Below are positions 46,590 to 60,979 of a stretch of 64,000 bases of DNA, piece after piece (positions within the stretch are counted from its first letter, which is position 1; the number at the start of each line of letters is the position of its first letter). This DNA comes from Chrysomallon squamiferum (taxonomy: Eukaryota; Animalia; Mollusca). The position numbers were made by a program, and so were the translations under genes. Where the stretch lies: contig CM022679.1 of NCBI GenBank assembly GCA_012295275.1, positions 19,902,001-19,966,000 on the forward strand, read 5' to 3'. The notes below the pieces were generated by a model. That model saw nothing but the letters and a program-made list of their open reading frames with translations. It made no database searches and was not told the origin of the DNA.

Positions 46590-48626
46590 ATACATGTTCT
46601 GTAAGATAATCATTTTAACTGATCTATTCTGTAAAAAGAAAAATTAGTAATAATCATATGTACATGTACATTCATTAAAAAACCATGATAATAATGAAAT
46701 TATTTAGAATACTAGTAGTAATAGAAGTAGTAGTTACTTAGAAACCAGGCTGTATCTTAGCTGGAATACACATGTATTGATATGTACTGATAATTAATGG
46801 ATCATAAACACACACACACACACATTTTTTTTTCTCTGATATTTCCCAACTTTAATGACACAAAAAGCAAAATAATAACAGATTAATTATTTTTTCCTAA
46901 ATTTAATATTTCAGTCTTCATTTTATATGTGTTTATTATATACTGTTTCTGATACTTTGATACTATGTTTTATCTACTTAGCCCAGGCTGACGTATAAAA
47001 ATAATAAACTTTCTACATTAATTTATATCTCTGTTAGGTCACCTAAGACAATGAATGTTCCTGTGGTTTCAAATATACTGATATTGTTACATTTTGAGAG
47101 TTGCTTCATAAATGTCATGAAGCATTTTGATATTTGAGTTATTTCAGTTGTTCCCCTTCCATTGTAAATCTAATTAACATTTATTTATATATATATACAC
47201 TTTTAAACACTTAAACAAAATAATTTATTAAAACTTAAAAAAACTTCTGATTATCTAATTTATAAATATAAAATTATTTGTTATAATTATATATGTGTTT
47301 AGTTTTTTATATTTGTAAATTTGTTGACAATAGAGATGTACATCTTTGTTTTAGAATAAGTTTAGAACTTTAAGTAAAAATCATAATAAAGAAGTGAAGT
47401 AGAAGTTTGAAATTCATACCTTGAATATTTATGTTTGAAAGCTTTTTTCCATAAAGATATTTGTGATCAATTTTTAAATAAGAAAAAAATAAAACCATTT
47501 TAATTACTTTTTCCTGTTTTTTATGAAGCTATTAAAATGATTGACTTATTTATTGTAATTATGATTTTTGTGTTTCTATGTTTGTGAGAATATTATCTAT
47601 GCCCATCTACATAGAATTATTAATCGAGCAATGAAGATATACAACAGTATAAAACTTCGAGTAATTTTTTTTCTCTCCTTTTCAGCAGTTCTGTCCATTC
47701 ATCCTTTATGTTTCAACTTATTATAAGCTAATGGTTCTCATGTTATAAATTATTTTATTAAAATTATTTCATCAAATAATTTATTTTCTGCATTGATAAT
47801 AGCAATTTCAGACATTAAAGTTAAACCTTACATGGTTTGTTTCTGATAATAGCAAATGTTTCATACAGTTAATTATGGTGTTTTTACATCTTCTATACTG
47901 ATAACATAAAATCCTTAAAGACAAACTGAAAAGATATATTTATTTAGGATCAGAATACAACTAAAATGTTAGGTCACATGAAAAACACATTTGTAAAGGA
48001 GAGTATTATATTACAATACTGGTTAAGTTACTCACAAATATTAATATTTAGGGAATAATACAGCAGTATGTACTTAGGGATTTCAGGAAATTCAGTTATC
48101 ATGCAGTTAACTTTTAAAGGTTTATATTTGTAGTTCAGGCAGAATATAGGAACACATTAATGTTGACCACTGAATTTTTCACAAGAGCTAGTTTAAATAT
48201 TCAAATGATGGATTGATGAAAACTTGGTCAGTAGGACACAAGAAGTTTCTAAATTATTTCTTACAGGATAAATATATGACTGACATTTATTCTGAAAATA
48301 TTTGAAAATTTCTAATCAATGTCTTTGCTATTAAATCGGTCATTTGACAAAAATATCCTTGCAAAGTATTCTATAAGGTTTTCACAGATGTTATCTGTTT
48401 CCCTGTAAAAAAAAAAAAAATCAGTTCTTTCCAGCAATTTCTTTCTTAAATTTCTCATATTTTATTTTCCTTTCTTTTCTTTTCATAAACTTTTCTAGAA
48501 TGTTTTTTTATCATTTTTCATTTTTAAAATTGTCTTTCATTACATAAAGCAAACATGATTTTCTAGGGTTATACATATAGATGGAACCCACTTCTGCAAT
48601 TTTTGTTTCCACAAAACAAAATCTTC

Positions 48627-49030
48627 ATTCAAAGCAATTGCATTAATTGTCCCAGGCTTGCATTCAAAATGTTCTCTCAAGGCAATAATTAATTGTTTTG
48701 GGCTTTTACTTGCAACATACCAAAAGGTTTGTTGAATAATAATTCTTGTTCCTTGATGGTATTTGAAACATAGAAAAATATTCTCTCAAGACCATATTTC
48801 TTGTACCAATCTTGTATTTGGAACATCCCATACTGAAATAATAATTCTCTTTCAGGGCTTGTGTTAATATTCTCTCAAAGCAATAACATTTTGTTCCAGG
48901 CTTGTATTTGGAACATACCAAAGCATTTACTCAAAGCAATAACATTTTGTTCTGGAATTCTATTTGGAACATACCAAAATGCTCATTCAAATTTCATTCC
49001 AAATTGTATTTGGAATGTACCAGAAAAACT
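48627..49030. repeat. Degenerate tandem repeat (about 45-57-bp units, about 7 copies) just 3' of the methyltransferase stop codon
   Basis: Recurring ctcaaagcaataacattttgttccaggcttgtatttggaacataccaaa. Confidence 0.75.
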
Positions 49031-49055
49031 TTCTGAAGATGACAATGTCCCGTGT

Positions 49056-52000
49056 TCACAGCGGAGGTATAAGAAGTGGTACTGAACGATGACGCCAGTA
49101 GACGTCTCCAACATGCCAGGCTCTGCTGCTTTGCTCCACTCTCATCTCTATTCCTGTCCTCACTTCATAAGGCAGGTAGCCACGCTGTGCCAGCATGTTT
49201 GCAAGTTGCTGCATTTTGTCAACAGGACATGGACCTCTGTTATGTCGATTAGCAAACATGCTCTGCCATTCCATGAAAATGTAAGGCACAAAGATATATT
49301 TGAAGAACTCAGATGATTCATACATTGCTTTACATTCATATCCTTCTGAAAACATAAATATAATTTAATGTTAGAGAAATATGGAATCATTGTATTAACA
49401 ATTAATATGTTATGGTTTAGCACAGACAAAAGATATAAAATATAGAAACATGATAAATATACTTGATAAATTGTTTTTCATTGTTTTAATAAAAATAATG
49501 ATGATGATTATAATAAATAATAATAATAATGATGATGATAATGATTTTATTTGTACATTGTTATTTCAGATTTCAAAACAGTGCCATGTAAATGTATTTA
49601 TCACTTGCTACATTTACAAATTAAGTTCATCCTGTGGTGATAATTTGAGAATCTGTGAGCTGATTAAACTATTCAAATTGAGATTATAACTAATACGCAA
49701 CTTGAAGCCATTGAGCACATACATCTTCCTGCTTGCCGTTAGACAAAGGTAATCAATAGAACTGTTTTGGTAATTTAGTTCAGCAAATTACTTAAGTGCT
49801 CCATGCCCAACTGCCATCAATGTAATGGCGTGCTCTTAACACAGAAACATCACAATAATGGATGCTCTTACCAGTGTAATCTATATTTATCAACTTAGGC
49901 AAGGGAGTGTTAAGTATCAGCAAAGCAGATGGTTTTAGGATCAAATCTAGGTACCAGAGCCTTCGGTCAAAGGTGATTACTTCATTAGTTAATTTGTTTA
50001 TGAAAATGTTACACTAAATAAAGGAAGAGTTTGAGTTTGTGCTCATGAAAGGCATGCCTGCACCCATTTTAATGTAGTTTATAAGAATAGTAATACTTTA
50101 TTTGACTTCTAAGCTAAATGAAACAGTTATGTACTATGAATTTTTAATTTGATGTCTTTATCTTCTTTCTTTTTTTTAACATCAAAATATTCTTACAGTA
50201 AACAAAATTACAGCAATTTGACATATTAAAATATCTAAATGAAAAGATATTCCATATTAATATACATATACTTTTCACTGACAAAAAACAACAAATTTAG
50301 CAGTGACTGCTGTAGTGAAATCAGCAAAATAATCAAAAGACAAAAGCATATTTAAAATACAGATGTAGCTAAATAATAACAGAAAATATATTTATTTTAA
50401 ATAGATTTTATTCCATTGACATTGTTAATACTGATTTAAAAACTTATGTCACAGTGACTCATTCACATGTCCTTTTTTTCTTCTTTTTTTCAGTTTAAAT
50501 TTTTAATTTTCTTTCTCTTTTTTTTTCTTTTTTTTTTTTTTTTTTTTATTCTTGTATCATAATTATTATTTTTAGAGACTACTTCTGTATTGATTTTTTT
50601 TGAAAAATAGAAGGAAATAAAAATTATTACAAGGTTCATTAAAATTTGTAACTATCCAAAAAAAAAAAGGTAGAAGACTTTCATAGTATTATTCAATATA
50701 TTTATGTCAAATATTACTAAATTCCATGATTAATAAAAATATAAATTTAAATCATTAGATTTTTGATATTGGAAGATAATATCATTCTTCAGGAATATAA
50801 ATGTTCAGTAAATCTGATACATAGAATTTTCTCTCTTTAGTAATGCATGCAGTTAACAAAATAACTGTTATTATGTTCCTATTAATATTTTTCCAAATGT
50901 GTATTATGAAATAAAAAGTATTTCTGCAAAATGTTAAATTAACTTGTTGCAAAAAACAATTAAATAAATAAAAATGAAAAGAATAAATATTCCCTTGAAG
51001 AACTAAAAAATACACATTAGCTAGTTATCACAGTATCCTATTCAGAACTGTCCAGAATTTTCACTGAGATCTGTTTTATTGAAGACCTCTGAAATAAGAA
51101 AATTAATAAGGCTTTATAATGAACAATATCTTAGTTCATCAAAGTAAACATTAATAGGCCTATGCATTTAACTTGGTGAATTAAACAAAATAATGATGTG
51201 AAAACTATTTGAGTAAAACAGTTTCTCACCTATATCTATTTTAATGATGGCTTCAGTTGGTGGTATGAGGTACAGCAAGTCATTCATTGTTATAGTTGTC
51301 ACCACCTCGTCATCGCACTGTCCTTCAACAACATGCAGACCACCTTGATTTTCACTGTTCCTTGTCATACACACTGTCTGCTGTTTGTCAGACATGGCAT
51401 TCTTCAACAGATGAACATTATCCAACACTCGCCCAAGCTGAGTTCCCTTGTGAAACCTTTCTACGTTCTCTAAGACAGGTTCTAGTGCAACAACATCATG
51501 ACTCATGGTGGCAGCAAGAAGACTGTAGTATCCAATGTTGGCACCGATGTCTATGACAACAGCATTAGGATGTCTTCTTAAAGCAATCTGAAACACTTTT
51601 GTTATGTATGGCTCCCAGACACCACTTTTCAACAAGGCACCAGTGATGTATTTATCCTTCAGAGGGTCATATATACAAATTGGAAAACTAGGTGAGGTTT
51701 TTGAAATTGTGCAGTTTATGTCAGTCCTGTTCAATGGCTGTTTTAAGTTGTAAACTTTGAAGTGTTTTGGAAGAAGTATTAAATTTTCTTTGACATTTGA
51801 GAGTTTCCTCTGCAAGAGTGCTCCAGTTGGGTGATGAAGAAGGGACACACTTTGAGAGAAATCTTTTGTGTTGGATTTCTGTCCTGTAAGGCTGAGACTG
51901 TCTCTAAGACTTAGCAGTACAGCAGTGACTAGGATGGTGAAGACAGCTGAAAAACAAAAAATCATAAAAATAAAAATATATTTTAAATATAGTTCACATA

Positions 52001-53975
52001 GCTAAATAATAACAGAAAGGTATATTTTAAAAACAAATACAGTCATATACATTTTATACGTCACAAGTGTATAAACATGTATTTGTCTTAACAAACACAT
52101 TTACAATACTCATATCTTTTTAAAATGAAATAAAAAATTAAATATATTATTAATTTGTAATCTAGCAACTGTCTATATATAATATATATAAATGAATCTG
52201 CATTAGATTATGCTGCCATATTTCATGGACTATTCCTATCAATTAGCAGTAAAAAATAATTGTCATACATCTTCCCATTATCTGGATTCCTGAACTTTTG
52301 ATACTCCACAATGAGAAATTTAATTAAACATATACACCTATCTAATTATATCACATTTGAAGAACTTTCTAATGAACTTTCTAATGAAATCAAAGTGCCC
52401 AAAGCAAGCACACAAATAAAATCAGATGGCAATATGCTGAAAACAAAGAACTGAAAGCTTATTCAGACACATCTGATATGACTACAAGATCCAACTCTGC
52501 AGCAAGTCAGTCCCAAGACAGATGTAACTGAACCAAACATAAGACTAAAACATCATAATAATCATAAATTATATCTGTTCCAAGTTTTCTCAGCATGAGT
52601 TAATGTGTTTACCTGAATCCCACATCAGTTGTAATAAGTATTAGCTCTAGCATGGACAGAAGATCAGAGGAATGTGTAGCTTGCATGTTTTCACTAATCT
52701 GATAGTATTAATAAACATTATGTTAGAGATTTTCATCATCTCTGCCAGAACATAAGTAAACAGCGTGTGCACTTTGACTGAGCAACATTGATAATGTAAA
52801 ACAACTTCATATCTAGTTTTAGAAATACATCATCAGGAATTATTTCAGTTCACAAGAAATAATACTGTGAATATTTTTCTTTTAGAACTCGATATTATTC
52901 TTCTTTCTGTAAATATTTATTTGTAATCTTGGCTATTATTTATTTTCCAAACTTAATTTAAAGAGAGTATTGATTATCAGGGGAGTCAAGGAAATGGTGA
53001 TCTCCACCCTTAAGTACACTCAGAATTGTTTTTTTATAACGTCTTATCATGAATCACACCTCATTTCAGTATTTGCAAAAAAAAATTTTAAGTTGTTTTC
53101 TTATATGTGTATTTGTATGCCTCTGTCTACATGGCTGTCTGTATTTATTCATGTCTGTATGTGTGTGTGTGTGTCTGTATGTGTGATTACATCTACGAAA
53201 GGTAATTTCCTTACACACAAATAATCATTCATTCAGACATACACATATATACATACACACACATACAAACATATACACATACACAGATATACAAAAGATT
53301 CAATTATATCAACTTTTTTTTCATTCAGAATACTTCAGTATAATGTATACGAGTTTATTTATGAATTTACTGATTCTTGAAAAAATTGTTTACTTATCTG
53401 ATTTTACTGCACTAACTAACATGACCAACTTACTGCAGTGATTATTTCCTGTTTCATAAAAAGAAAAACAGATGGATATTGCTTATTTATTTATGCAAGA
53501 AAAAACTCAACATTAATTGGAAAAAAGTCCATGCTACTCTGTGATAGGTGCAGAAACATTATGCTTAGTGCAATGACTGGCAAAACAGAGAAATCTGTAG
53601 AATGCATAAAATTCAGTTAGAAGACATTCCCCTTTTTTTCCTGCCCTAAATATGTTAAATTTTTTTTTTTATTATTATTTTTGTTTAATTTTATAATATG
53701 TTTAAAATATAATGAAAAGAACAATTTTGAATGTTGCTCTCTTATTATCTCAAATTCTAAATGTTAACTTTTTATATATTTATATGTTTGTATTACATAT
53801 AAATACACACATATACACACACATACACTTGTGACCTCTGAGTAAGATACTAAACTTTATTAGATCTAATTAAGTGTAATTATTAATCTGCTCATTATGC
53901 AGATAACTATTTGTCACCTGTCTGTAAGGTAATTGAAATTAAGCCAGGAAAGGTACATACAGACATACATATTAC

Positions 53976-54010
<35 letters not shown>

Positions 54011-54801
54011 CATGCCTCTTTGAGAGTGTGTAATCTGTTCTAGTAACTTTTCATAAGATAACAACTTGTAACATATCTAATTTAATTATTCTTATAGGAA
54101 ATAATCTCTGCATACACTAATCTTTATAAGCATCTGTGAGGTAGTTAATACTAAATATATCACTTTTAGTAGGACATTCTCTAATTTAATTGAAGGTTAA
54201 TAGGCAGAGTAATGAAGTGAAAAACAACACATTCATGGTTTCATTTTACTCAGTCTCTGTATTGATTCTCTTTTCACTTTAATTTATCGAATCATTACTA
54301 TTACAAAGATAAAACTGTTTTCCCAACAACTGCTTATAACAAGTAAGTTGTTCTTTGCGTTTGTATAAAGTTAAAACTGAGATAAAGTGTGATATAGAGA
54401 GATCTCTGGATGAGTGAGTACCCATCCAGAACTGTGAGAAGATTGTACACAACCATCAGTGAAAATATTAAACATTACATGATGATTATAGCAAAGTAAA
54501 ATCTGAACTTTGGAAGAAAAATCATACAAATGTAATGTACAGTGCAATAAAAACAAATTGCCAGGATAAAGCTAATAATATTGTAATGTGTTAGTTCAGA
54601 GATATGTATAATGTTTTTAGCTGCAATAATTATTTTATTTAAACTGGAGTTAATGAGTTAATTATTGTTTTTATCACCACCACCAGCATCATCATCATCA
54701 TCATCATTATTATTATCATTAAACATTTTTTTTTTTTATCTGTTTGACTTATAATGTTGGTAAACATGTTAATCTATAAAAAAAATTCTAAAACTGGAAA
54801 A

Positions 54802-54835
<34 letters not shown>

Positions 54836-57769
54836 TGTAATAATATAATAATAATAACACAAAACAATGTGATTTTATTGAATTATTTCTTCATTTTGCT
54901 TATCATTAGGTGCTAACAGTTATGTGTATTTATGATTTTAATAAATAATTGTGTGTTTGCAACAAGATAAAACATGATCACCTCTGCACAATCTATTCAT
55001 AAAACTATTATTTTGTATCCTTTTCTTAAGAATTTTATTTATTTCGTTAATGTATTTGTCTGATATTGATTAAAAAAAATTATAACTCAAAACAAAAACA
55101 CCTACATGTACCAATACATTTATAAGATATATATATATATTTTTTTTTTTTAAATATTATTACTGTATATATTTTTTAATTCTTGCCATGTTTGAATGAT
55201 TGTTCATCAGTGAAAAATCCACTTATTTTTAAAACAGTACATTAATGGTTTTTATTGAGTTAAAAATCAGTCATGCTGTGATGGTATGGTGTTTTAGATC
55301 ACAGTTGATGATAATGGCTCAGAGAAAAACCATCTCTGTTCAGACTGGTTTTCTTGTCTGTAATAACACAAAATGGGTACCAGTCTGTCAATTTTAAATC
55401 TAATAGATCTGACCTTGTCAGCACTCAGATGCTATGTGTAGCTAATAGCAAATACATCCAATTTGTCTCAAATTATCTCTAATATAGAGAGCTAGAAGGA
55501 AAAACAAAAACGTTCTGATACAGTGTCTCCACACACACACAGATACAAATGTACACTCAAATACAAATACAAAAGATCCCAAAAGTCGTCTCAATATTTA
55601 AAAATCAAAATGTTTTTATCTTTGTTGGTAATTTATTAATTTTTTTAACAGGAGAAAGAAATTTTACACAATGGAAAACAATTTGCTTAAATACAAAAAA
55701 TACTGCTGCTCAGATGTCCTGCATTTCACAAATGTTTTCCTTCAGCTACTGAGAACTCTGGGGTTTATTAATATATACATGGTCTTTCAGATAACCATGA
55801 GAAAATAATCAGAAGTCATCAAATCAGGAAAACATGATGACTAACAAATTTCTGAATTTTGTGCAGTTGTTTGGTGGACCAACAATTGGCTTCAGAAGCT
55901 TCAAAGGACTGTGTGAGCAATGGCTCAGTCTAGCTGAAACCACATCTCAGGTTTGTCCTGTATTGCAGGATGCACAGAATCTAACTGCAGCCTGATAATA
56001 CTAATCATCACTGCACCACAATCTTTATTTAAACTGAAATGTCCAGCAATCCTTTCTGACATTTTCACAATCAGCTGGTGCTTTTCTGGCCTTGAAGTAT
56101 TGCCACAATGTTTTGGGGTGAGAATAATTCAGCCATTACATTTGAAATAAAATTCTGTGATTATTTTTTGTTGTTCATTTGTGAAATTTTCTACATGTAG
56201 TTTCCAAATGTTTATCAGTATTCCAAAAAGAAAAAAGGAAATTCAAATATATCTCAAATTTTATTAAGCATTTAAATCGGTAGGTGACATTTGGAACACA
56301 CACACGTACAGATACATACATACATACATTACACAAACACATACATAGATTCATTATGCACACATACACACATACATACAAACCTTGCATATATGCTGAG
56401 AAAAAGAGAAAGAAAGATGAAAACAAGATATATAAAGAGTTAGAAATATCTATAAATAAAAAGCAAGAGAGAAAGCACCAGCCAAGATCATCTTTAATAA
56501 CAAGTCTTAATGCAACTCGAGCCACAACTTGCAAGCTAAAAATGTTGCTAAAAGCAAAATACTTCCAATGTGTCCCCAGACTTCAAGTACCACTAATACA
56601 GAGCTGCTGTTAGACTGTCACACAGAGAAGAAGAAAAACGCTGATATATGCACATAATTATAGAGAAAATATGTGATATATGCAGAAAGCAGGTGCCATT
56701 CAGTTTCAAATTTAATATTTAGCTTTAAGTCAGTATTCACAGTCTAAAATACATCTAACCAAATATCTTGTAATAATGTAAATAAAAAATATAATTAAAA
56801 AATTTGAAATCCACTCCACTGGGATGTTGGCAACATAAAATTTTATGAATTTGGGGATATTAAACATTTAAAAAAATTAACTGTCTTATATTCAGTTTCA
56901 TAAAAGTTAAGCTTTGTTATTGTAGACTTGCCAACATTTTCTGATATTTACAACTCATAGCCAGTAGCAGACTTTGATATAAGAAAAAAAAAGAAGAAAA
57001 CCCCTCTATTTTGATTCATTTTTCATTTTATTTTTCAGACATATTCTATCACCAGAAAAAAAGAGGAAGATATTTAATGAAACACTTTCCTCAAGAATAT
57101 ATATTTAATGTTTTTTCTCTGTGTATTATAATTTAGTTTTATTTCTATAAATATATAACACAGAGGAAAAAATCATAAATGTGTGAATTTTATTTTATTT
57201 TTTAAATAGGAAACAAACATTAAACGTAGCTCCTATAATGTAACAAATATGAGAAGTTGTCAGTTCACTGAAAGCATCAGTGTAATGTGGTAGTATAAAA
57301 ACACAAATAATGTGTTTACACAGAGTGAAAAAACTGACACTTTCATGACCTGGAAAATATTTTACTGTGTCGTTTTTATTTTGTTACTGGTTTTGAAAAT
57401 ATGTGGACTGTTCATTTGTGAACAACATTTTATCAATATTAATTAATTTAAGTAAATATGTGGTTCACTGTGACCTTTTTAATAACAATTACACATAAAC
57501 ACTTAAACTAAATTTTTAAATATAATAATAATAATTGAATGAACTGCATAAAGGTGAACCTTTTTACTTATTTTTTACACAAACCCATAAAATATTTTTG
57601 AAAAATGATATAATAATAAATAATTCTGTGCTTTATTATCAAAATATTTTTTAAAAATGATATAATAAATAATAATAATAATAACCCAACAGTTTAATAA
57701 AGTTATTATTACATGAATCTAATAAAAAAAATAATTGCTTTCTCTATCTATCTAAATCTATCTCTGTGT

Positions 57770-57867
<98 letters not shown>

Positions 57868-60800
57868 CCTTGAATCAGTTCATTGCTTCCTAGTATATTT
57901 GTTTAACATGTATCTTTTAAGTAGAGCCTCTGAGTAAACTTCCTAGTTAGCTCAGCGTACACTGTTAACAACTGAAACCAAATACCTGTCTGGCATCCTA
58001 CATGATTTTAATGATCCTTGCAGATGTTAATACCTGGATACTTACCAACTGCACTGACAAATACCTGAACGCTGTTTTCTTTTCTCTCTCTCACCCTAAC
58101 TGTATAACTATTATTTGATGATGTCAAATTTACAGTTATCTGCAAGCTACAGTGTGCATGACAATGATTTTGTAAAGTTAATATGTGAAAAGATAAGTCA
58201 AATCTTTCAGTATAATTTCTAAATTTATCAGTTAATTGTGTTATAGAACTTATTAAGTTACTTTTGAATAAATTAAAACATAGAATATCCTATACAAAGG
58301 TTATCTCTGACAACAAGAATTAGTAATGTAAAAACAAATACTGAATTAATTAGTCCAGATATATCATTTCAGTTTACATAATAAAACTGAACTGTAATAA
58401 TGATTATGTAAGTTTCATTTAGTTCAGTGTTTTGATGCAACAAAATGTATTTTGTTATCTATGGTTATCAAATCATTTTAATCTTTATGGACAGTCCAGT
58501 CAGGAAAAGCTAACATGGTTGATACACTGGTTTATATTTTGTACATTTAATCACACTTTCTATTATTTGTATTTAGAGACATAGTCTGTACTGTTCATGT
58601 GATAAACCTGTATCATTTTATTCATTCAAACATACAGTGTTATTTAAAGTCTAACTATTTGTATGTATAGGCACAATTTCCTCTCTTTCTTCAAAAAGGC
58701 ACAATTTATAGTTATTGTGAAAAAATACCATCTACAGAGATACTGTGAAAAAATAGCAAATAAAGAAGTACTGTAAAAAAGCATTGCTGCTAGGGTTTCA
58801 CATGATTTGTAGTAACTGTTAATAGACCATTTCTTCAGTTACTATGTAAAGATTCAGTTACCCTCAGATAACCTATATACAGAGAGCCAAAGTATGTTGT
58901 AAGCAGTAGGTTTACTACAAAGCACAGTCAGTACTGTATGGATTAGCTGTTGTGTATTATTTGCATGCATAGGCACTGTTTGTTTTATAGTTTGGAAAGG
59001 ATCATCTCTCTGTTTGTGTGCAAAATGACAGAATGTAATAAGTAAATAATTTAAAGACTTTGTATTGTCTACAAAATACATAGGCACTCTCTGAACTCTG
59101 TAATGTGCAGTGGCATTATACTGGTCTGTGAAAGATCGTATTGTTGTGTGAAAAAGCACAGTCTATATTGCTTTTGTAGTCTATAAAGGAAAGATTTTTC
59201 TGAAAATCAAACATGTATTATATATATGGAAAGCTGATATCAAAGTACTGAAAAGTTGTAAATATGTACTCTCAGCATAATTGCCTTCGTTGTCAAGTGT
59301 TTCATCTACTCAGACAAAATCTTTTTCAAGAATTAATTGGTTTGACCATCTCCAAAAAGCAATGTCAATAAAGTAATGATTTCATTCTTAGTCAGCATTC
59401 TGTTATAACCTGTGTCAAAAGTAATTTCAGAATTGTTTACATTGTTGTTGATATTAGTCTTTCTTGAAAATATTCACAGATTTTATTTACTTTAGATACA
59501 TTTTTTCTATAGCTGAAGGAAATTTCAAAAATAAAAATTTGTAGCAAGTAATGTATTTCAAAAATTTTTTTTTTTTTTTTTAATTTTTTTTAAATTAAAA
59601 ATATGTCTAATTTATAAATGATATAAAATTGCTGATTCTGTTATTTCTTTTTCACTTTTCCTATTTACAAATTACACAATGCTTGCAGATATTATAATAT
59701 GATACTGAATATATGTTTTAACATAAAGGCTAATTAAAAGTTGAATATTAGTCTAGAATTTAGTACATAAAGATCAGCTGAATACAGATACATAGAACAG
59801 CATCTGAATAACAGATAAATACTTAAGTATAGAACCTAATTTGTAGTTAAATGTAAGCTTCTAATAAATATCATCTGAATAAAAAACTAATAATAGCAGA
59901 ATTTAAGCTTTTAATAAAGCACATACAAATATTTTGAATCTAATTCAGTGTACATATAAATGAGGAAAGAATATAAATGTTCAGTAGAATATTTAAATGA
60001 TAACTGAAAATTAACAATTAGTGGACCATTCAAATGACAGTTAAATATAAATGTTTGGTAAACCTTTCAAATGATAGTTATTTATAAACATTTAGTAGAC
60101 CATTGAAATAATAATAATACATGCAATGTAGATCACTGAAATGATTCCTAAATATAAATGTTTAGAAGACCACTGAAATGTTACTTAAGTATAAATATTT
60201 AGTAAAGCATCTATATTATATCTGAATGCAAAACTCAGGTAAATATATACATTGAAATAATAGTTAAATATAAACATTTAATAGATCACTGAAATGATAA
60301 TTAAGTATAAATATTTAGTAAAGCATCTATATTATATCTGAATGCAAAACTCAGGTAAATATATACATTACAGTAGAATTAGCATACATCACTATTACTT
60401 TAAATATAAGTTTCTAGTAAATATCTGCATAAGATCAGAACTAGTATAAGTTTCTAGTATATGTATTAATAATTCAATTACCTAGTCACTAGTATTATAA
60501 GTACTAGTTTCTAGTGTCTATATTTTGCAAATACAAATTTCTAGTGTGTCTTAGAATTATAAATACAAGTTTTTAGTCTCCAGATTTATGTTTCTAGTAT
60601 TTAGTAATATAAATACATATTTCTTGTATTTTGCTTTATAAAACAAGTTTTTAATATCTAGTATTATAAATACAAGTTTCCAGTATCTAGTATTATAAAT
60701 GTAAGTTTCTAGTATCTTGTAATATAAATACACGTTTCTATAATCAAGTACTACAAATACAAATTTCTAGAATTTAGCATTATAAACACAAAGAATCTAG

Positions 60801-60979
60801 TATCATAAATGCAAATGTCTAGCCTTTGTATTAAACACATAAGTTTATAGCATCATCCATTGTTGAACATCTGTGTGACAGCAGTGTACATGTGTAGTAT
60901 TTAGTGATTTCTCTTACACAAGTTTTGGCTTGTACTTACCTGTACAGAGATGTCTGTGAAGAAACCTCACTGCTGGCAT
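49056..60979 (-). CDS. FkbM-family (Methyltransf_21) SAM-dependent methyltransferase, predicted type II membrane protein, 348 aa
   Basis: Exons 60940-60979 (MPAVRFLHRHLCT; less certain), 51230-51946 and 49056-49345 total 1047 nt. Motifs: GVWEP, VIDIGANIGYYSL, ALEP, NAMSD, KIDIEGYE, IFMEW. The N-terminal hydrophobic anchor AVFTILVTAVLLSL is followed by a stem with sequons NRT and NCT. An acceptor at 61090-61092 indicates the transcription start is further upstream. Confidence 0.9.
57773..57866. repeat. (CA)n microsatellite
   Basis: Read directly from the sequence. Confidence 0.95.
59955..60850. repeat. Two adjacent degenerate minisatellite arrays (about 39-bp, then about 28-bp units)
   Basis: aatataaatgtttagtagaccactgaaatgatagtta-like units at 59955-60370, including a duplicated block of about 65 bp; then tagtattataaatacaagtttctagtatc-like units at 60400-60850. 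Confidence 0.75.

Noticed and set aside
48290-48420. Strong poly-T/CAG acceptor on the minus strand at 48403-48405
   Set aside because: Splicing from exon 51230 would truncate the catalytic domain after about 10 aa and no matching donor was found; probably chance or UTR splicing.
55750-56150. GC-richer patch with short ORFs inside the methyltransferase intron
   Set aside because: No recognisable motif or coherent exon structure.
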